A DNA stretch of 64,000 bases from Syntrophales bacterium (GCA_963668175.1 OY764159.1:1632001-1696000); one strand, 5' to 3'; positions 17,254 to 31,164 are shown, numbered from the stretch's first letter. Program-made: numbers and translations. The notes: generated by a model not told the origin, from the letters alone.

Positions 17254-17746
17254 TCTTTTTTTCCCTCCGCTTCCGTCTTCACCGCAGGCTGGTCCGTCTT
17301 GACCTCCGGCGCCATGTCCGTTTTCGTTTCCGCCGCCGCGGAAGGTGCAGGGACGGCCGCCTCCGGTTTTTTCTCCGCCTTTTCCTTGCGCAGGGCGATG
17401 GCCTGTTTCAGCCGCGTCATCAGGATTTTCGACTCGGGATAGAGATTTTCTTCCATCTGAAAATACTGCGAGGCCAGACCGTCGTTGTTCTGCCGGAAGT
17501 AAATGTACCCAGCTCCGCGTACACGCCGGGCGGCACACGCAGATTGAGCGTCTTGGACTGCTCGACGATGTTCTCAAGGGACTGTCTGTGCGCCAGGAGC
17601 GTATCGTCGCCGGGGGTTTTCTTGGCGCGATAGAGGGTTTCGGAATAGTTGCCCCAATAGTACATGGACGGCCTGGGCACACAGCCGGCCGTGCAGAGCA
17701 AAGCCAGGACGGCGACGGTCCATACCGCCAGGTGCCGTCTCTTCAT
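17250..17746 (-). pseudogene. DUF4810-family lipoprotein with a 1-nt frameshift
   Basis: TAGC lipobox, YYWGNY, VPPGVYAELG; continues in another frame as YIYFRQ...EENLYPES; one base missing at 17508-17510. Confidence 0.75.
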
Positions 17747-18087
17747 GGGACCTCGATTTCCGTCGTCATGCCTTCGCCCAAAATGACGGTCCGGTTGACG
17801 ACGACCCGGTCGCCCTTCTTCACGACGATGTTGTACTTGCCCGGCTGGATCTGATGGAGGGTGGCGCCGCCGGGGGACCTTCTATCGCTTGCAGGCTGGT
17901 CCGATTCACCCGGGCCTTTGAGCGCAAACGGCTGGATATCGCCGATATAGGCGACGGCACCGGCCGTGTTGCCCGAGAACCATACGAAGCTCTTGGGCGA
18001 CGGCTGGACGACGCCTTCCCGGTAGCCGCAGCCCCATAGTCCGAGGAGTGCCGCCAGAACCAGAATGGGGAGAACGCGTTTCTTCAT
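17743..18087 (-). CDS. Hypothetical lipoprotein
   Basis: Signal peptide with LWGC lipobox; overlapping start/stop within the operon. Confidence 0.7.
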   Translation of the reverse strand: MKKRVLPILVLAALLGLWGCGYREGVVQPSPKSFVWFSGNTAGAVAYIGDIQPFALKGPGESDQPASDRRSPGGATLHQIQPGKYNIVVKKGDRVVVNRTVILGEGMTTEIEVP

Positions 18088-18095
18088 GGAACCTC

Positions 18096-19079
18096 CTACG
18101 GCGTTTCGCCTATGTACAGGTTGGAAAAGTCTTTCGTTTTCAGATAGGGGGCGATCGCCTCCCGGCCGTCGACCACTTCGCAGAGCGACACCTCGTTTTC
18201 CGGCGTGTCGCCCGCGCAGGTTACGACCTTGAGCGTGGCGATCTTCCTGCCGGGGAGCGTGATCATCATGTTCGTCTGGGGATTTTTCACCTTCTTGCCT
18301 TCGACGTAGACGATGAAGAGGTTGCCCGGCGCGATGTTCTGAGATTTGCCGCCGGAGATGATGACGCTGTCCTCCTCGTAGCCGATGATGTAGGCGCGCC
18401 AGGGCTTGTTGAGGAGGTTCTCGATCACCCGCGACGAGAGGTTGGTGATGGCGGCGTCGAGGGCCTTGTCGTTGAGGGTCGAGTCGTAGCCGGCCCGCGC
18501 CCCGACGCCGAAGACCGTGCCCGCCTCCGAGAAGGCGGACCCTTCCCCGTATTCGGAGTAGAGGATCTGGCCTGTGTGGACGTCGATCAGGCGGATGTGG
18601 ACCTTGGCGTAAGCGGTCTGCTTCTTCACCCGGGAAAAAACGCCCACGTCGCTTGTATCCTGCCGGCCGAACTCGGTGATGGAACCCACGATCAGGTAAT
18701 CGGCCATGTTCTTGAGCGGCGCCATATTGCCGAGGGCCAACTCCTTCTGTATCTTGTCGAGGTCAGCCCGCTCCAGCATGATGAACTTGTCCGTCTGGAG
18801 GAGCTTGGCCGACAGGATGTCGACGGCCTGCTTGCCGATGCGGTCCTTGTTTTCGTCGATGAAGAAACTCTGTCCGTACTTGCTTTCGTTTGTGAAGCGG
18901 GCGATGGCCACTTTTCTCTTCAGGCCCGTCTTGGCGCCGGGCTGCGGCGCTTCGCTTATGGTCTTGCTGACCCGGGGTTTGTCGTCGACGGGCTGAATCT
19001 CCTGCTTCGGCATGGTGGCGCACGACGTAAGCATAAACAGGGCCGAGATCGCAACACCGGTTATCGCTCTCAACGTCAT
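18096..19079 (-). CDS. CsgG/HfaB-family lipoprotein
   Basis: LTSC lipobox; KVAIARFTN, F.MLER, ADYLIVGSITEFG, RLIDVHTGQI; heads a CsgG-DUF4810-DUF799 operon. Confidence 0.82.
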   Translation of the reverse strand: MTLRAITGVAISALFMLTSCATMPKQEIQPVDDKPRVSKTISEAPQPGAKTGLKRKVAIARFTNESKYGQSFFIDENKDRIGKQAVDILSAKLLQTDKFIMLERADLDKIQKELALGNMAPLKNMADYLIVGSITEFGRQDTSDVGVFSRVKKQTAYAKVHIRLIDVHTGQILYSEYGEGSAFSEAGTVFGVGARAGYDSTLNDKALDAAITNLSSRVIENLLNKPWRAYIIGYEEDSVIISGGKSQNIAPGNLFIVYVEGKKVKNPQTNMMITLPGRKIATLKVVTCAGDTPENEVSLCEVVDGREAIAPYLKTKDFSNLYIGETP

Positions 19080-19385
19080 TCGGAGCCTCCGATATGTATG
19101 GGTTAGACTAGCTGTAATCCAATATTGTTTCTATAATACTTATAATTCGTGAAGTCAAGAAAAGACGGAGACGACTGAAAAACGGGGGACCACTGTATGG
19201 GAGGCGTGCAGGTGAGGCGTTCGGGGCGCTTCGCTGGCGGGTGTGATGCGAAAGATTCTACGGCTGCGGCGGCAAGATGCATGCCGGCTGTGCGTCTGCG
19301 GCCCGCGATCCGTCTGCCGTCGAACACACGCACATATCCCTGCGCTTGAAGTGAATAGGTGGCCGGGCGATGCCGGAGGCGGCCG

Positions 19386-20309
19386 TCAGCTGTGCCGGCG
19401 CTTGGTTCCCTGCGGGCCTTCCATCCACTGCTTGATGCGGTTGGCGTCGGCATAGCGCGTTGCGGTGCCCTGGGAATCGAGCAGGACGATCACGACCGGG
19501 CGCTGGCCCACGCGGGACTGCATCACCAGGCACCGGCCGGCCTCATCGATGAAGCCCGTCTTGGAAAGGCCGATCTGCCAGCGGGGATTCCCGATCAGGC
19601 GGTTGCTGTTGCGGTACTGGACGACCCGGTGGCCCATGCGCAAAGTGATCTCCTTGCGGGTGGTGTATTGCCGGATGGGACCGTACTGGTAGGCCGTGTC
19701 CACCATCTTGACCAGATCCCGGGCGGAAGAAACGTTACGGCTGGATATCCCGGATGCGTCGTCGAAGTGCGTCTCGGCAAGACCGATCGACTGGGCCTTG
19801 GCGTTCATGGCGGCCACCAGGGCGGGCATGCCTCCCGGATAGGTTCTGCCCAACGCGTTTGCGGCGCGGTTTTCCGAGGCCATCAGGGCCAGGAGCATGG
19901 CGTCGCCGCGGCGGATGACGGTATAGATGGGCAGGCGGGAACGGCTGTGGCGCACCCGGTCCTTATCGTCTTCCACAATGGTGATGGGTTCGCTGAGGTC
20001 CTGTTTCGCGTCCAGGACGACCATGGCGGTCATGAGCTTGGTTATGGAGGCGATGGGCAGGACGGCCTGGGGCTGCTTCTGGAGGAGGCATTCGCCGGTC
20101 TGCTGGTCCGCCACCAGGGCGGAGGCGGAGCGGAGGACGAGCTGCCCGGGGGCGCGCGGGGCTTTGGCGCGGGCTGCCTTGGTCCGGACGCGCTTTTTAT
20201 GAATCTGCTTGGTTTTTGCCGCGTCTGCCTGACCTGCAAACCCGTGGACGATCAGCAATATCCCGCTCAGTAGGACTGCCAGTACCAACATCACACGTCG
20301 CTGCGTCAT
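19386..20309 (-). CDS. pbpG: D-alanyl-D-alanine endopeptidase (PBP7-like, peptidase S11)
   Basis: SITK (SxxK), SEN, KTG, GFIDEAGRCL. Confidence 0.88.
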   Translation of the reverse strand: MTQRRVMLVLAVLLSGILLIVHGFAGQADAAKTKQIHKKRVRTKAARAKAPRAPGQLVLRSASALVADQQTGECLLQKQPQAVLPIASITKLMTAMVVLDAKQDLSEPITIVEDDKDRVRHSRSRLPIYTVIRRGDAMLLALMASENRAANALGRTYPGGMPALVAAMNAKAQSIGLAETHFDDASGISSRNVSSARDLVKMVDTAYQYGPIRQYTTRKEITLRMGHRVVQYRNSNRLIGNPRWQIGLSKTGFIDEAGRCLVMQSRVGQRPVVIVLLDSQGTATRYADANRIKQWMEGPQGTKRRHS

Positions 20310-20854
20310 TTGCTCTCCCCTGTCCGTTGAGATGTGGCCGGCGCCTGTCGTTCCGGGCGGCCTTTTTTCAAGATACCTTTTAAAGGTCAATTCGCAATCT
20401 GTCAAGACTGTAATTTAATATCCGGTGAGCTTTTCCGCACTATCCCCGCAGGGGAGGGCCGTGAATGTTGATACAGCGGAAGGACGGTTTTTCCGGAGGC
20501 AAGGAAGGCGGGTGCGGCGGTTCTGACTGACTGCGGACAGAGGGCATCGGCGGACCCGAAGCTTAGTGGCAGACGGCGCTACGACGCAGTTGCAAAGGTT
20601 TTCCGCCGGGGATTGGATGGTATGGAATTTGCTTCGTCAGATAGAGGAGAAGAAAAATATGCGGACAGGGCGTCACCCGTAAACCGCACTGTGACTGCTT
20701 TTGCCGCTTTATTTTTAGTGGGTGTTACGGCGTGTCTGCGATATAGGAGCACGGTTCGCCGGCCCGGCATGTGGCGTGTCGCAGCGGCCGCAGCGGGCCG
20801 GATCGTCCCGGATAGGCGCTGGGAATAGAAACATCATGAGAGAAAGGAGTCACT

Positions 20855-22009
20855 GTGAAAGTAACAAAAATTTTTACCGCTCTGGCGCTGTTGGCCTTAT
20901 GCGCCGCGCTGGTCGGATTGCCTGCGTCCCCGGCGGCGGAGGGCCAGGAAAGCCGTGTCAAGAAAGACGCCGGGTTCCTCGACGGCGTGATGCACTTCGC
21001 CGAGGGGCTGGCTGCGGTCTGTATCGAAGGGAAATGGGGATTCATTGATGCCGCCGGAAAGCGGGTCATCGAACCCCTGTACCACGAAGTCCGGAATTTC
21101 CGGAATAACTTCGCCGCCGCCCGGATCGAGAAAAAATGGGGTTTCATCGACAGAAAAGGGCGCATGGTCATCAATCCCCGGTTCGACGAGGCGCGTAATT
21201 TCTCCGAAGGACTCGCCCCCGTCAGGATGGGAACGAGCTGGGGCGCCATCGACGAGAAAGGCAACCTGGTTCTGGATTATTCTTTCGACGATCTGAAAGG
21301 CTTCAACGGCGGACTGGCGCCGGCAAAGCGAACGGGCAAGTGGGGGTTCATCGACAACAAGGGCAGCTTCCGGATCGCCCGGAAATACCTTGATGCCGGC
21401 GAATTCTCGGACAAGCTGGCTCCCGTGCGGAATGTGGAGAAGCAGTGGGGCTATATCGACCCCAAAGGCAATTTTGTCATCGACGCCCAGTTCGACGAGG
21501 CCGCATCCTTTGCCGAAGGGCTGGCCGCCGTTAAGGACGACACGAAATGGGGCTATATCGACAGGAAAGGACGCTTTGTCATCAACCTCAACTACGAAAA
21601 CGCCCGGCCTTTCTCGGAAAAACTGGCGGCGGTGATGTCCGGCGGACAGTGGGGTTACATCGACCGGAAAGGCGGTTTCGTTGTTTCCCCGGCCTATGCA
21701 AGCGCATCCGAATTTTCGCCGGAAGGGCTTGCCCTCGTCGAGAAGGACGGAGAGTCTTTCTACATCAGGACCAACAGCAAGAGGGTTGCGGAACTGCCGG
21801 CCAGGGCCGCGAAACTCCAGGCGGCCATGCCGCCCCCTGCCGTTCCGTCCGTTCCGTCCGAACCGGCTGCTGCGGCCGCGCCGCAGGTCGGTATTTCCGA
21901 CAGCAGCTGGACGCCGCGGATCGCCGGCGAAGAGGCCATCGCTCCCTCGATGAGACCTGCGGCATCCGACGACAAGTGGAGCCCGGCCATTCTCGACGAG
22001 TCCAATTAA
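20855..22009 (+). CDS. Secreted WG-repeat (WG beta-repeat/KWG) protein
   Basis: Signal peptide; seven WG[FYA]ID repeats with F.EGLA.V linkers; Ala/Pro-rich tail. Confidence 0.88.
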   Translation: MKVTKIFTALALLALCAALVGLPASPAAEGQESRVKKDAGFLDGVMHFAEGLAAVCIEGKWGFIDAAGKRVIEPLYHEVRNFRNNFAAARIEKKWGFIDRKGRMVINPRFDEARNFSEGLAPVRMGTSWGAIDEKGNLVLDYSFDDLKGFNGGLAPAKRTGKWGFIDNKGSFRIARKYLDAGEFSDKLAPVRNVEKQWGYIDPKGNFVIDAQFDEAASFAEGLAAVKDDTKWGYIDRKGRFVINLNYENARPFSEKLAAVMSGGQWGYIDRKGGFVVSPAYASASEFSPEGLALVEKDGESFYIRTNSKRVAELPARAAKLQAAMPPPAVPSVPSEPAAAAAPQVGISDSSWTPRIAGEEAIAPSMRPAASDDKWSPAILDESN

Positions 22010-22030
22010 ACCTATCCAAGGAGGATATCC

Positions 22031-23200
22031 ATGAAATTATTTAAACAGAAGACGTTCCATCTGCTCGCGGTTGCCGCGATATTAATTCTCGCCCTTTCGT
22101 CGGCCGAGGCCTGCACCGGCATCATGTTCACGCTGTTTCCCAAGATCGGCGTTTCCGACAACCAGTACGCCTTCCAGGCGAGGACCATGGAGTTCGGTCC
22201 CGACGTCACCGGCTGGCGCCTGATCTCCGTTCCCCGGGGTTATCCCTACACGAGCTGCCGGCAGAATATCTGCGGCGACGGCATCGAGGGCATCAAGTGG
22301 ACGTCGCGATTTCATTATGTCGGGATGAGCCCGGCGCGTCCCGGCATGCCGCTGATCGACGAAGTCACCGACGGCATCAACGAGCGGGGATTGGCCTGCG
22401 GCGGTTTCTACCATATGGGCTACGAGGAGTATAAAAAGAATCCGTCAAGCGGGCGGACGATCGCCAATACCGATTTCGTTTCGTGGGTCCTGAGCAATTT
22501 CGCGACGGTGAAGGAACTCAGGGAAGCCCTGTTCTTGAGAAAGGTGGAGGTCGCCCAGTTCACGGTGCCGTCCTGCGCGAAGGCCGGTACGTGCCCGCAG
22601 CTTCATTTTGCCGTTACGGACGAAAGTGGCGCCTCCGTCGTTATCGAATTCAAGGGCGGGGAGCCCGTCGTCTTCGACAGCATCGGCGTCATCACCAACA
22701 ATCCGACCTACGACTGGCACACGACAAACCTGAACAACTATATCGGCCTGCAGGCGCTGAGCCGGGAAACAGGCATTTTCTACAACAGGACATACACGAA
22801 GCTGGGCAACGGTACGGGCGCCATCGGACTGCCGGGAGATTTCACGCCGCCTTCCCGGTTCGTCCGGGCCATGTACTTTCTGACGACGTCCATGCCCCTC
22901 GATGCGAAGCCTGATGAGGGCGTGGCCAGGGCGTTTCGGATCCTGAACCAGTTCGACATCCCCGTCGGGTCGATTGTCGCCCCGTCGCCGACCGGACAGG
23001 GCATGATCCAGGATTCCACGATGTGGACATCCCTGTCGGACACCAAGCGGCGCCGCTATTATTTCCACACCCAGACGAACCGGACGGTGCGGGTGCTCGA
23101 ACTGGACAAGCTCCCCAAGAACAGCCTCTCCTATATGGAGCTGCCCGCCCATGACGTGATCATCGACGTGTCGAAGAAATTCACGCCGATGAGCAACTAG
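22031..23200 (+). CDS. Secreted Ntn hydrolase, choloylglycine hydrolase/penicillin V acylase family
   Basis: Signal ending AEA directly before nucleophile Cys (CTG); ARTMEF, DGINERGL, TNNP, GLPGDFTPPSRFVRA. Confidence 0.88.
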   Translation: MKLFKQKTFHLLAVAAILILALSSAEACTGIMFTLFPKIGVSDNQYAFQARTMEFGPDVTGWRLISVPRGYPYTSCRQNICGDGIEGIKWTSRFHYVGMSPARPGMPLIDEVTDGINERGLACGGFYHMGYEEYKKNPSSGRTIANTDFVSWVLSNFATVKELREALFLRKVEVAQFTVPSCAKAGTCPQLHFAVTDESGASVVIEFKGGEPVVFDSIGVITNNPTYDWHTTNLNNYIGLQALSRETGIFYNRTYTKLGNGTGAIGLPGDFTPPSRFVRAMYFLTTSMPLDAKPDEGVARAFRILNQFDIPVGSIVAPSPTGQGMIQDSTMWTSLSDTKRRRYYFHTQTNRTVRVLELDKLPKNSLSYMELPAHDVIIDVSKKFTPMSN

Positions 23201-23212
23201 AATAGAAACGGC

Positions 23213-23246
23213 CCGGCGGCCGGTCCCTGAACGGGACGGCCGCCGG
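23213..23246. terminator. Stem-loop between convergent genes
   Basis: ccggcggccg-gtccc-tgaac-gggac-ggccgccgg inverted repeat; no strong U-tract. Confidence 0.45.
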
Positions 23247-23300
23247 TATTCATCCTTCTCCGATCCGCCCGGTGGCGGAAACTGCCGCCGGGATAGGCCG

Positions 23301-23864
23301 TTATTTTTTCATGAGCTTGCGGCCGGCTTCCCAGGCCCGGCCCGCCTCATCCCCGAGGGACCGGTAGGTATTGTCGGGCATCGTGAGGATGAGGTAGTCC
23401 GCCCTGGCCGGGTTGATCCGGCCGCCTTCCAGGCACGACTCGGCCGCATAGGCCTCCCTGATCTCGCCGACGAAGAAAAAGTTGCTCGGCCCCGAAACGG
23501 TCTCCACGAGGGTACACGCCAGGTTGAGCGAGGCCTCCTCGATCAGCGGCGCCGTCTTGATGCCGCCGTAGAAGAGGGTGAAAAGGGAGGACTTGTCCAC
23601 TTTGGCGCCCGATACCATCCCGCAGTAGTCGGTCTTGTCGAGATCGGCGCGGCGCGGGAAACAGACGCTGAAGCCCGCGTTGGCGATGACGGCTTCGGGC
23701 GTCGCATGGGCGCGGTTAATGCCCACCCCGATCCACGGCGGGTTCGCATTGACGCGGGAGACCCAGCCCGCCGTCATAAAGTTGGCCTTGCCCTTAAGCA
23801 GGGAGCCGACAAGGATCACCGGCATCGGGATAAAAACGTTGTTGTCGATTTTGACCTGTTTCAC
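23301..23864 (-). CDS. Flavin reductase / flavoredoxin family protein
   Basis: PMPVILVG, NFMTAGW, DYCGMVSG, APLIEE. Confidence 0.85.
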   Translation of the reverse strand: MKQVKIDNNVFIPMPVILVGSLLKGKANFMTAGWVSRVNANPPWIGVGINRAHATPEAVIANAGFSVCFPRRADLDKTDYCGMVSGAKVDKSSLFTLFYGGIKTAPLIEEASLNLACTLVETVSGPSNFFFVGEIREAYAAESCLEGGRINPARADYLILTMPDNTYRSLGDEAGRAWEAGRKLMKK

Positions 23865-24002
23865 GGCAATTCCTCCCTCTTGAGCGGTGCTGGAACGGAT
23901 CAGCCGGAGCCGACGCAGGCATGCCGGCCTTCCGCCTTACAGTTGTCGCCGGAATCGGGAAATAGCGCCGGGGGAGGCGCCCATAGTGCCTAAATCGCAA
24001 CG

Positions 24003-24440
24003 TTACGCGATTTCGACCTTGACCGGTGTTACGTTACAGACATTGTCCGAAACAGGGCAACGGCATTCGACCTCGTGGATGAAGGCCTCTTTTTCCTCCT
24101 TCGACATGTCGGCGTCGATGTTCAGTTTTACCTTGATGTCCTGGAAGCCGGCCCGGTTGTCCTTGCATTTGCCCAGGAGCGTCTCGACGTCGAAGTCGCC
24201 TTCGATCTTGACGTCAAGGGCCTTCAGATCGATCCGCTTCTGCTTGGCGACGATCCGGGCGACCGTGCCGATGCAGCCTGCGATGGATGCAAATAGGTAT
24301 TCCACGGGGGTAGGTCCCGCGTCGGCTCCGCCTCCGGCCTGGGGCTGGTCGATATAGAGCGTATGGTTTCCCGCTTTCACTTCCACTTTGAATCTGTCGT
24401 CGAGTTTCGCCTCGACGGACACCGTCTTCATCTTTGCCAT
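24003..24440 (-). CDS. OsmC-family protein
   Basis: DQP...GPTPVEYLFASIAGC and CPVSD cysteine pair. Confidence 0.88.
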   Translation of the reverse strand: MAKMKTVSVEAKLDDRFKVEVKAGNHTLYIDQPQAGGGADAGPTPVEYLFASIAGCIGTVARIVAKQKRIDLKALDVKIEGDFDVETLLGKCKDNRAGFQDIKVKLNIDADMSKEEKEAFIHEVECRCPVSDNVCNVTPVKVEIA

Positions 24441-24751
24441 GCTCCGTCCTCCTTCATATTTTATTATTGCCGACGCCGGTCGATACCGGTGCAGTGTTTC
24501 CCCTCTTTCTTCCGGATGAACACGTGCTCGCCTCCTTCGCGCCCGGCCTTTCCGATGTCTGTCATGGATGAGGAAGTATAGAGAACCCCCCCAGGGCTGT
24601 CAATGGATTTAATCTTTTCCCTTCCGATTGCGAAGGGCACCGGCGGCATGGTATAAAGAAATACGTAGACGGTCTGTCGCAGGTTGGCGTTACCTAACCC
24701 CGGAGGCGGCGGTGAAGGACATCGTGCGCCGGAATGGCTGGAGGCGGGACC

Positions 24752-25417
24752 ATGAATATCGATTTCGGGTTGATGGTGCTTGAGTCCGTTCTGCTTGCCG
24801 TTACAATCATTCTCCTGATCTACAACATCCATGAGGGCAGGCAGCGGGACATGCTTCTCAAAGAAGTAGGCCGGGCGACGAAAATCCTTACGCGGCAGGA
24901 ATACTTCTTTGCTCTTCTCGACGCCATGCGGGATGCCGAACGTGAGATTGTCGGCTGCATCACCGGAAGCCCCCCTGTCGGGGAGGACATCCGGATGTCG
25001 CGCAGCATCGTGGAGACCATCGAGAAACTGACGGTGAAAGGCGTGCGCGTCGCCTTCGTGCTGCCCAAGTTTCCCGACCGGCTTCAGGTCGGCATGCTCT
25101 ACAGCAAGGCGGGGGCAGAGGTCCGCTTCAGCGGCGACGTTATGGTCCATGCCGTCCGCTACAGCGTCGTCGACGAAAAGGTCGTTGTCCTCGGCGTTCC
25201 CGAAAGCACGGGGGAGAAGGAAGCGACCAGGAAAGGGTACCGGATACCGTCGGAGGGGCTGGCGAGGATCCTGAAGGGCCATTTCAACGCCTGCGAAAAG
25301 ATATCGACCCTCAGGGAGTATGTGCGCGAGGTCATCAAACAGACGGGGGCGCCGCCGGATCATGTCGCCCGGGAATTCCACCTGGACGAAAAGGCCCTCC
25401 GGGACCTGCTGAAGTGA
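24752..25417 (+). CDS. Membrane-anchored hypothetical protein (possible PLD-like/TrmB-type fold)
   Basis: N-terminal TM; DAEREI...KGVRVAFVL...YSVVDEK pattern; GGAGG upstream. Confidence 0.65.
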   Translation: MNIDFGLMVLESVLLAVTIILLIYNIHEGRQRDMLLKEVGRATKILTRQEYFFALLDAMRDAEREIVGCITGSPPVGEDIRMSRSIVETIEKLTVKGVRVAFVLPKFPDRLQVGMLYSKAGAEVRFSGDVMVHAVRYSVVDEKVVVLGVPESTGEKEATRKGYRIPSEGLARILKGHFNACEKISTLREYVREVIKQTGAPPDHVAREFHLDEKALRDLLK

Positions 25418-25475
25418 CGGCGCAAGGCCCGCGCCGGGAACTCCGGCGCCCATCCGGGAGACGATCGATACAGTC

Positions 25476-25522
25476 AATAAAAAACGGCCGGAGGGCTTGC
25501 GCCCGCCGGCCGTTTTATTTTT
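25476..25522. terminator. Bidirectional intrinsic terminator
   Basis: A-tract, cggccggagggc-ttgc-gcccgccggccg stem, T-tract, between convergent genes. Confidence 0.8.
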
Positions 25523-25535
25523 CCGGGTATAACGG

Positions 25536-26987
25536 CTAAACGTCCTTACCGAACTGGGCCTGGAAGGCGTCCACCACTTTTCTCCCCCAGTCGCCCTTGA
25601 CGGGCTCAAGCAGACCGAAGAAAAAGCGCATCACCGGCGGCTCCTGGACGAAACGCAGGCCCCCGATCAGGTTCTTGTGCTTGTGGAGCCAGGCGATCCG
25701 GTCGGCGAGGTATTCGATCTGCCCCAGCGTGACGGCCCGGCGCGGGATGGCGATGCGCACCAGTTCCATCCTGCCCAGGACTTCCTTGCCGGTTTTCGGG
25801 TCCCGGTCCTCGGACATCGTTCCGCGCTCGACGCCGCGGGCGCCGGAGACGAGGTACATCGCCGCGTTCAGGCACTCCGCCGGATACTGGAGCGGCGGGA
25901 TGTGGGGCAGGAAGGCGCGGGCATCGACGTGGCAGGCCAGGCCCCCGGGAGGCGTCACGACGGGTACGCCATACTCCTGCAGGCGCTCGGCAAAGTACTG
26001 GATGAATTCGGGGCTGCTGCCGGCCACTTCCGGGTCGGTCATTTCGCTCAGGCCCACCGCCATTGCCTCCAGTTCCTTGGTGGACATGCCGCCGTAGGTG
26101 GAGAAACCTTCGTAGACGGGAAGCCACGTCATCAAGTGGCTGAACCACTCCTTGTTGTTCGTGGCGATGAGGCCGCCGCGGGCGCTGCCGCTCTTCCGGC
26201 CGGACATGTAAAGAAGGTCGGCGTAGCGCATCATTTCCCGCGTGATCTCCCGCAGGGATTTCTTGGCGTAGCCCTTCTCGCGCATCTTGATGAAATAGGC
26301 GTTTTCGCCCACGAGGCTGCCGTCGATGATAAGCGGTATCTTGTGCTCTGTCGCGATCTTCCGCACCTCTTTCAGGTTTTTCATCGAGAAGGGCTGGCCG
26401 CCGATGAGGTTCGTCGTTGCCTCCATCCGGATGAAGGCAACCTTGCCGGCGCCGAGTTTTCTGATGGCGGCCTTCAGTTTCCTGATGTCGATATTGCCCT
26501 TGAACGGTTCGTTGCCCTTGGGAATGAACGCATGGTCCGCAACGAGGTCGTGGATTTTGGACGCCGCCAGCTCTACGTGAACGCGGGTGGACGGAAAATG
26601 GTAGTTGTTCAGGACCTCCTGGCCGGGTTTCAGGAAGACCTTGACCAGCAGGTGTTCCGCGGCGCGGCCCTGATGGACGGGAAGGGTATGCTCGAAGCCG
26701 AAGACCTCCTTGACGACGCGGGCCAGTCGGAAGAAGCTCTCGGACCCTGCATAGGCGTCGTCCGCGACCATCATCGCCGCTAACTGGTTGTCGCTCATGG
26801 CGTTGGTGCCGCTGTCCGTCAGCCAGTCGAGGAAGACCTCCCGCGACGGCAACAGGAACGTGTTGTAGCCGCATGCCCGCAGGCATTTCAGTCTTTGCTC
26901 CGCCGGAAGCAGATTCATCTTCTGCACAATTTTGACCTTGTGCATTTCCACGGGTACGCGTTTTCCGCTTGCCAGGGTAATAAGCAT
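25536..26987 (-). CDS. PLP-dependent beta-eliminating lyase (tyrosine phenol-lyase/tryptophanase family)
   Basis: GYNTFLL, TDSGTNAMS, DAYAGS, HQGRAAE, EGFSTYGG, RIAIPRR. Confidence 0.9.
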   Translation of the reverse strand: MLITLASGKRVPVEMHKVKIVQKMNLLPAEQRLKCLRACGYNTFLLPSREVFLDWLTDSGTNAMSDNQLAAMMVADDAYAGSESFFRLARVVKEVFGFEHTLPVHQGRAAEHLLVKVFLKPGQEVLNNYHFPSTRVHVELAASKIHDLVADHAFIPKGNEPFKGNIDIRKLKAAIRKLGAGKVAFIRMEATTNLIGGQPFSMKNLKEVRKIATEHKIPLIIDGSLVGENAYFIKMREKGYAKKSLREITREMMRYADLLYMSGRKSGSARGGLIATNNKEWFSHLMTWLPVYEGFSTYGGMSTKELEAMAVGLSEMTDPEVAGSSPEFIQYFAERLQEYGVPVVTPPGGLACHVDARAFLPHIPPLQYPAECLNAAMYLVSGARGVERGTMSEDRDPKTGKEVLGRMELVRIAIPRRAVTLGQIEYLADRIAWLHKHKNLIGGLRFVQEPPVMRFFFGLLEPVKGDWGRKVVDAFQAQFGKDV

Positions 26988-27396
26988 CTCTATATGTCCT
27001 TTCGGTGAAGTATTTTTTTAAAGTGCATTTTAGGGGCAACCGGCTGTCGTGTCAATGAAAGTTTTACACGTCGATTACGGGAAGCCGGTGCGGCGACCCG
27101 GGGGTCACAGTCACCCGCCGCAAGGGTTGACGGCCGCCAGGGGGACGACGATCGAGAGGAAGGAATCCTTGGCGCAGGTAAGGGTGCTGTCGGAGGGCAG
27201 GTAGAGGCACGCGACGGCTGCCAGCCAAATCATGAGTGCCCCGGCCCCGTGCGGTTGATCCTGAACCGGTTCTCTGCGGAGGCGAAGTCCTCTCTGCTGC
27301 GGCTGCCGTATACGGGATTCATCCCGATCCCGCCCGGATAAAGGCAACCGCTGTAAACGATGCCCGCCGGGACCGCAAGAGCGACGGCCGAAAACG

Positions 27397-31164
<3,768 letters not shown>

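Noticed and set aside
27075..27110. GGGAAGCCGGTG resembling a cobalamin riboswitch core
   Set aside because: Remaining conserved elements are absent and orientation does not fit the flanking minus-strand genes.
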